From an uncultured cyanobacterium (GTDB lineage: Bacteria > Cyanobacteriota > Cyanobacteriia > PCC-6307 > Cyanobiaceae), in contig CAVXWZ010000011.1 in NCBI GenBank assembly GCA_963765575.1, positions 1 through 64,000 of the forward strand: 64,000 nt of DNA. The letters run 5' to 3'. Under the pieces are notes generated by a model. The model worked only from the letters and a program-made list of their open reading frames with translations. It searched no databases and was not told the DNA's origin. The position numbers were made by a program, and so were the translations under genes. Shown piece by piece: positions 58,033 through 64,000 of this stretch. How positions within the stretch are numbered: position 1 is the stretch's first letter; every line of letters begins with the position of its first letter.

Positions 58033-58800
58033 ATGGCGGTTCCGGCAGTCCTGAGTTCAGCCCCGTCCACCTCCGCCTTCAGCCGCAGCCGCGCCGGTGC
58101 CGGGCTGGCCGCGGCTGCGTTGCTGCCCCTGCTGTTGGTGCTCGGCCCGGCGCCGGCCCATGGCCGCGAGGGCGCCACGGTGCAGGAGATCCTCGATGGC
58201 CGCGAGCTCTACATCGATCAGCGCCAGGCCAAGGTGAAGCAGCGGGCCGTGGCGCCCCAGGAGATCAGCACCGGCAGGAGCCGCGGCCAGCTGCTGTTCA
58301 ACAGCGGCGCCGGGGGACGGCTCACCAGCTTCTCGCTGATGCGCCTGGGCAGCGGCTGCTTCCAGTTGCAGCGCGGCCAGATTCTGGTTTCCGGCCCCCA
58401 GAGCGGTTGCACGCGCTCGGCCCGCCTGAGCGTGCGCGGCACCAACTACGTGCTGGAGGTGGACGCAGAGGGTGGCTCCGAGCTCTCCGTGCTCGAGGGC
58501 AGCGTGGCGGTGGAGCCCCTGGACGACGGGCAGCCGACCGGGGAGCCCGTCACCACGGTGGAGGCGGGCCAGCGGCTGGCGATCTCGCCCCGGGGCGTGG
58601 TGCTCACGCTGCTGGAGCTCAGCGCCGGTGATTACGGCCGGATCTTCAACGGTCCGCTGTTCGATGGCTTCCGCACGCCGCTGCCCGGCATCGGCTCGCT
58701 GGAGAGCTACGTGCGGCGCGCCGTTCCCGGTGTGAAGCTCCCCTCGGTGCCGGTCAGCCCGTCCTTCCCCGGCTTCAACCTGCTGCCGCGGCTCTTCTAG
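58033..58800 (+). CDS. Secreted FecR-domain protein (copy 3)
   Basis: Signal peptide (..PAHG-RE), STGRSRGQLLF, LSVRGT, VLEGSV; evident paralog of copy 1. Confidence 0.85.
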   Translation: MAVPAVLSSAPSTSAFSRSRAGAGLAAAALLPLLLVLGPAPAHGREGATVQEILDGRELYIDQRQAKVKQRAVAPQEISTGRSRGQLLFNSGAGGRLTSFSLMRLGSGCFQLQRGQILVSGPQSGCTRSARLSVRGTNYVLEVDAEGGSELSVLEGSVAVEPLDDGQPTGEPVTTVEAGQRLAISPRGVVLTLLELSAGDYGRIFNGPLFDGFRTPLPGIGSLESYVRRAVPGVKLPSVPVSPSFPGFNLLPRLF

Positions 58801-58860
58801 GCCGCCACTCCGCTGCCGCCACTCTCCTGACGCCACTCCCCTGACCCCATGCCACTGCCC
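58801..58860. repeat. Degenerate short tandem repeats with a gccactc core
   Basis: gccgccactccgct-gccgccactctcctga-cgccactcccctga-ccccatgccactgccc. Confidence 0.6.
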
Positions 58861-60774
58861 CGCCCGGCTCCGGTGGCCGTGCTTTCGGCCCTCTGCACGC
58901 TTGCGGTGGCGGTGCTGAGCGCCGTGCCCCCCCAGGCGGTGCGCACCCTTGAGGGCGGGCTGGAGGCCCGGCTGCTGCGGCTGCGGGGCCCGCGGCCGGT
59001 TCCCGACGCGGTGGTGCTGGTGACCATCGACGACTCCACCCTGCAGCAGGGCGCCTGGTTCAGCGATGAGGGGGCCGCCGGGGAGCCGGTGCCCTCCTGG
59101 GCGCAGGGGATTGACACCCTGCCCTGGCCCCGGGCCCGCTTCGCCGACCTGCTCGAGCGCCTCAGGGAGGCCGATCCGGCTGCGGTGGCGGTCAACGTCG
59201 TGTTCCAGGGGAGCAGCGGCCAGGGCCCCGGCGATGACGCCGCCCTGGCCGTCGCCCTGGCCCGCTCCCGCGGCCGGGTGGTGCTGGCCGCCGAAGTGCT
59301 CGACATCACCGAATCCGGCTTCGCCGGCCTCAGCCTCGTGCAGCCGGCAGCGGTGCTGCTGAGCGCCGCCGGGCCGGCCAGTGCCGGACTCACCAACATG
59401 CTGCCGGCGACCTCGGGGGAGGCCTCACCGCGCCATCCCCAGGCCTACAGCCGCTCCCTGCAGGCCGTCAACGCGCCCTTGGCCCTGCCGTCGTTGCCCA
59501 CGTTGCTGCTGGAGCGGGGTGGGCGCCAGAGCCGCCAGAACGATGCCGAGCGCCGGCTCAACTTCTACGGTCCCGAGGGCCACTTCCTGCGGCTGCCGGC
59601 CTGGGAGGTGCTCGATCCGCAGCGCTGGAGCAACCATCCCAGCCGCAGTGTCATGCGCGGAGCGCTGGTGCTGGTGGGCCCGGTGGTGGTGCAGGGCGGT
59701 TCCGGCACCTCCAGCCCCTACGGCAGCCTCTCGGGGCTGGAGGTGCTGGCCACGGCCACGGCCAATTCGCTGCAGGGGGACGGCCTGCGGGCGTGGCCGG
59801 CCGCGCCCCTGCCGCGCGGGCTGCTGGCGGCGCTGCCGCTGCTGATCGTGGCGCTGCTGGTGCCGCTGCGGAGCCAACTGCGCTGGCGGCTGGGCCTGGT
59901 GGCGGCGGTGCTGGCCGCCCAGTTCGGCGCCGCCGTGCTGGCCCTGGCCTGGGCCCACGCCTGGATCCCCCTGCTGCTGCCCGCCCTGGGGCTGGTGGCG
60001 CTGGGGGGGCTGCACACGGGCTCGGCCTACCTGGACGAGGAGCGGGAGCGCCGCCGCCTGCGCCGCACCTTCGAGCGCTACGTGGCCCCCAGCGTGGTGG
60101 CCGAGATCCTCGCCGACCCCAGCGCTGCCGAGGGGATGCTGCGGGGCCGGCTGCGGCCGGTGACGATCCTGTTCACCGACATCAAGGGCTTCACCCAGCT
60201 CACCAACCGCCGCAGCCGCAGCGGCGAGATCGAACTGCACGTGCGCCAGCTCAACCACTACCTCGCCGCCATGGTGGAGGTGGTCACGGGCCATGGCGGC
60301 ACCATCGACAAGTTCATCGGCGATGCCGTGATGGCCGTGTTCGGCTCGCCGCTGAGCCGTGGCACGGCGGCCGAGGCCCTGGCGGCGGTGCGCTGCGCCC
60401 AGGAGATGCGCCGCACCCTGCGGCGCCTCAACCAGCAGTGGGCGAGCGAGGGCTGCACCGGCCTGGACAACGGCATCGGCCTGGCCTCGGGTGAGGTGCT
60501 GGTGGGTCAGATCGGCAGCCCCCGACGCATGGAATTCACCGTGATCGGCGACAAGGTCAACCTCGCCAGCCGCCTGGAGGGCCTCACCCGCAACCTCGAG
60601 GTGCCGGTGCTGTTCGATGCCGCCACCGCCGAGCTGGTGCGTGCTGAGATCCCGGTGCGCAGCCTCGGGGAGACCCCCATCAAGGGGATGGATCCCCAGC
60701 CGGTGTTCAGCTGCGAGGCCGTGGCCGCCCTGGAGGACAGCCCGGAGGGGCCGCCGGTGCTGGCCGGTCCATAG
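58849..60774 (+). CDS. CHASE2-domain class III adenylate cyclase (copy 3)
   Basis: VLVTIDDS, LPWPR, LNFYGP, SGLEVLA; LFTDIKGFT, DKFIGDA, FTVIGDKVNLASRLE, IKG. Confidence 0.93.
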   Translation: MPLPRPAPVAVLSALCTLAVAVLSAVPPQAVRTLEGGLEARLLRLRGPRPVPDAVVLVTIDDSTLQQGAWFSDEGAAGEPVPSWAQGIDTLPWPRARFADLLERLREADPAAVAVNVVFQGSSGQGPGDDAALAVALARSRGRVVLAAEVLDITESGFAGLSLVQPAAVLLSAAGPASAGLTNMLPATSGEASPRHPQAYSRSLQAVNAPLALPSLPTLLLERGGRQSRQNDAERRLNFYGPEGHFLRLPAWEVLDPQRWSNHPSRSVMRGALVLVGPVVVQGGSGTSSPYGSLSGLEVLATATANSLQGDGLRAWPAAPLPRGLLAALPLLIVALLVPLRSQLRWRLGLVAAVLAAQFGAAVLALAWAHAWIPLLLPALGLVALGGLHTGSAYLDEERERRRLRRTFERYVAPSVVAEILADPSAAEGMLRGRLRPVTILFTDIKGFTQLTNRRSRSGEIELHVRQLNHYLAAMVEVVTGHGGTIDKFIGDAVMAVFGSPLSRGTAAEALAAVRCAQEMRRTLRRLNQQWASEGCTGLDNGIGLASGEVLVGQIGSPRRMEFTVIGDKVNLASRLEGLTRNLEVPVLFDAATAELVRAEIPVRSLGETPIKGMDPQPVFSCEAVAALEDSPEGPPVLAGP

Positions 60775-60802
60775 GATCAACCCTGGCGCACTCGCAACGG
60801 GC

Positions 60803-62275
60803 ATGGCAGGGCAAGCCGACTGGGAGGCCGTGATCGGCCTTGAAACCCACGTGCAGCTGGGCACCGCCAGCAAGATCTTCACCGCGGCCTCCACCGCCTT
60901 CGGCGACGACCCCAACACCCACATCGATCCGGTGGTGTGTGGCCTGCCCGGCACCCTGCCGGTGCTGAATCAAAAGGTGCTCGAGTATGCGGTGAAGGCC
61001 GCCCTGGCCCTGAATCTGCACGTCGCCGAACACAGCAAGTTCGACCGCAAGCAGTATTTCTATCCCGATCTGCCCAAGAACTACCAGATCTCCCAGTTCG
61101 ATGAGCCGATCGCCGAAAACGGCTGGATCGAGGTGGAGGTGGCCGAGAAGGGCAAGGACACCTACCTCAAGCGCATCGGCATCGAGCGTCTGCACATGGA
61201 GGAGGACGCCGGCAAGCTCGTGCACGCCGGCAGCGACCGCCTGGCGGGCTCCACCCACTCCCTGGTGGACTACAACCGCGCCGGCGTTGCCCTGGCGGAG
61301 ATCGTCAGCAAGCCCGACCTGCGCACCGGTCGTGAAGCCTCCGAGTATGCCTCCGAGATCCGCCGGATCATGCGGTATCTGGGGGTGAGTGACGGCAACA
61401 TGCAGGAGGGTTCGCTGCGCTGCGATGTCAACATCTCGGTGCGCCGCGGACCCGAGGCCCCCTTCGGCACGAAGGTGGAGATCAAGAACATGAACTCCTT
61501 CTCGGCGATCCAGAAGGCGATCGATTTCGAGATCCAGCGTCAGATCAAGGCCTATGAGGCCGGTGAGCCGGTGCGGCAGGAAACCCGGCTCTGGGATGAG
61601 GGCAAGCAGCTCACCAAGAGCATGCGCTCCAAGGAGGGCAGCAGCGACTACCGCTACTTCCCCGAGCCCGACCTGGGTCCGATCGAGGTGGCCGCGGCCC
61701 AGCGCGAGGCCTGGCGCGCCGAGCTGCCGGAGCTGCCGGCCGCCAAGCGCCACCGCTACGCCGAGGCGTTCGGCCTCTCGGCCTATGACGCCCGCGTGCT
61801 CACCGATGAGCGGCCGATGGCCGCCTACTTCGAGGCCGCGGTGGCGGCAGGCGCCGATGCCAAGGCGGCCGCCAACTGGATCACCGGCGACATCGTCGCC
61901 CACGTCAACGCCAACCGCCTGAGCTTCACCGACCTGCCCCTGGGCCCGCAGCAGCTGGCCGAGATGGTGGGCCTGATCGAGGCCGGCACGATCAGCGGCA
62001 AGATCGCCAAGGAGATCCTGCCGGAGCTGCTGGGCCAGGGCGGTTCGCCCGCGGCGATCGTGAGCGAACGGGGCCTGGGCATGATCAGCGACCCGGCGGC
62101 GCTGACGGCGATCGTGACGGAGCTGCTGGCCGCCCACCCCGATGAGGTGGAGGCCTTCCGGGGCGGCAAGACCAAGCTGCAGGGCTTCTTCGTGGGTCAG
62201 CTGATGAAGCGCACCGGTGGCAAGGCCGATCCCAAGCTCGCCAACCAGATCCTCAGCCAGAAGCTGAAGGGCTGA
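60803..62275 (+). CDS. gatB: Asp-tRNA(Asn)/Glu-tRNA(Gln) amidotransferase subunit B
   Basis: VIGLETHVQL, RKQYFYPDLPKNYQISQ, HMEEDAGK, LRCDVN, EIKNMNS, YRYFPEPDL. Confidence 0.98.
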   Translation: MAGQADWEAVIGLETHVQLGTASKIFTAASTAFGDDPNTHIDPVVCGLPGTLPVLNQKVLEYAVKAALALNLHVAEHSKFDRKQYFYPDLPKNYQISQFDEPIAENGWIEVEVAEKGKDTYLKRIGIERLHMEEDAGKLVHAGSDRLAGSTHSLVDYNRAGVALAEIVSKPDLRTGREASEYASEIRRIMRYLGVSDGNMQEGSLRCDVNISVRRGPEAPFGTKVEIKNMNSFSAIQKAIDFEIQRQIKAYEAGEPVRQETRLWDEGKQLTKSMRSKEGSSDYRYFPEPDLGPIEVAAAQREAWRAELPELPAAKRHRYAEAFGLSAYDARVLTDERPMAAYFEAAVAAGADAKAAANWITGDIVAHVNANRLSFTDLPLGPQQLAEMVGLIEAGTISGKIAKEILPELLGQGGSPAAIVSERGLGMISDPAALTAIVTELLAAHPDEVEAFRGGKTKLQGFFVGQLMKRTGGKADPKLANQILSQKLKG

Positions 62276-62278
62276 GTT

Positions 62279-63222
62279 CTGAGCTGGATTCAGGCCACAG
62301 CCTTCCTGCTGGCCGCGGCGGCGGTGGTCGGCAACGACTCTTTGCAGACCCTGGGCACCTTCCTGGGCAGCAACCGCGGTCGCACCCCCCCGGCGGCCCA
62401 GATGGCGTTTCTGGTGGGGCTGACGGCCGTGGTGCTGGGCCTGGGATGGTGGCTCAATGGCGGCGATCCGGCCTGGGGCCGCCTGGCCCGCTTCCCCCTC
62501 CCCGAGGAACCCAGCTGGGTCGATCTGCTGCCCCCCCTGGTGGTGTTGCTGCTCACCCGCTGGGGCGCGCCGGTGAGCACCTCGGTGCTGCTGCTCACGG
62601 CCATCGCCCCCGCCAACCTGGCACCCGTGCTGCTCAGGTCGCTGGCGGGCTACGGCCTGGCCTTCGCCTCGGCGCTGCTGCTCTATGGGGCGCTGCTGTG
62701 GCTGCTGGAGTCACCACCGCCTGCGGCGGCGGCGCCCCGCAACGGGCCCCTGTGGCTGGCGTTGCAGTGGCTCTCCACCGCCTGGCTGTGGAGCCAGTGG
62801 CTCGTGCATGACCTGGCCAACATCTATGTGCTGCTGCCCCGCCGGCTGGACGCCTGGCAGCTGGCGCTGTCGGCCGCGGTGCTCGGGGTTGGCCTCTGCG
62901 TTCTGGTGGCCAGTGGCGGTGGCCCCATCCAGCAGCTGGTGCGCGGCAAGACCAACAGCGCCGACCTGCGCTCCGCCACCCTGATCGATCTGTTGTTCGG
63001 GGCCCTGCTGCTGGCCCTGGCTCGGTTCAGCCCCACGCCCCTGAGCACCACCTGGGTGTTTCTGGGCCTGTTGGCCGGCCGCGAACTGGGCCTGCTGCTG
63101 CGCCTGCAGCACCGTCCGGTGGCGGCGGTGGCGGCGCAGCTGGGCGCTGACCTGCTCAAGGCCACGTTGGCACTCGGCCTGAGCCTGGCCGTGGCGCTGC
63201 TGATCCAACCGCTGAAAATGCT

Positions 63223-63226
<4 letters not shown>
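62279..63226 (+). CDS. Conserved multi-pass membrane protein (possible transporter); start uncertain
   Basis: VGNDSLQTLGTF, PVSTS, HDLANI, PLSTTWVFLGLLAGRE, an internally repeated pattern reminiscent of PiT-like transporters; frame open back to the gatB stop. Confidence 0.7.
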
Positions 63227-63888
<662 letters not shown>

Positions 63889-64000
63889 GGGCCGGCTCCA
63901 GAGCGCGTGGGGCCAGTCTGCCCAGGGCCCTGGGGCGGGTCCGCCCTGGGGAGAGGATGGGAGCCAGCTGTGTCGCGGTGTTGACCGACTCCTGGCGCCC

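Overview
A GC-rich cyanobacterial chromosome segment; gene content and order point to a Cyanobium/freshwater Synechococcus-type picocyanobacterium (inferred). The housekeeping backbone is mnmG, fghA, frmA, dnaB, rplI, desC, gcvH, gcvP, flv1, flv3, SWIM-SNF2, alaS, speA, ndk, thiO, gatB and coaE. Accessory modules are interleaved with it. (1) A tightly coupled minus-strand run of ACP, alpha/beta-hydrolase, atypical P450, mnmG, sulfotransferase, glycosyltransferase and sulfotransferase; its upstream three genes are lower in GC and are preceded by a scrambled partial copy of mnmG. (2) A co-oriented low-carbon cluster, ndhF3-ndhD3-cupA-cupS-DUF6671-like-flv3-flv1. (3) A candidate cAMP signalling hub at about 40-61 kb: three pairs of a secreted FecR-domain protein and a CHASE2 adenylate cyclase, two membrane proteins with cNMP-binding domains (MscS-cNMP and 4Fe-4S-cNMP), and tandem CRP-like boxes upstream of one cyclase. 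The 5' 1.1 kb of alaS carries about 10 single-base indels, most likely sequencing or assembly errors. I saw no tRNA, rRNA, CRISPR array, transposase or integrase. All family calls come from recognising motifs by eye, with no database searches.
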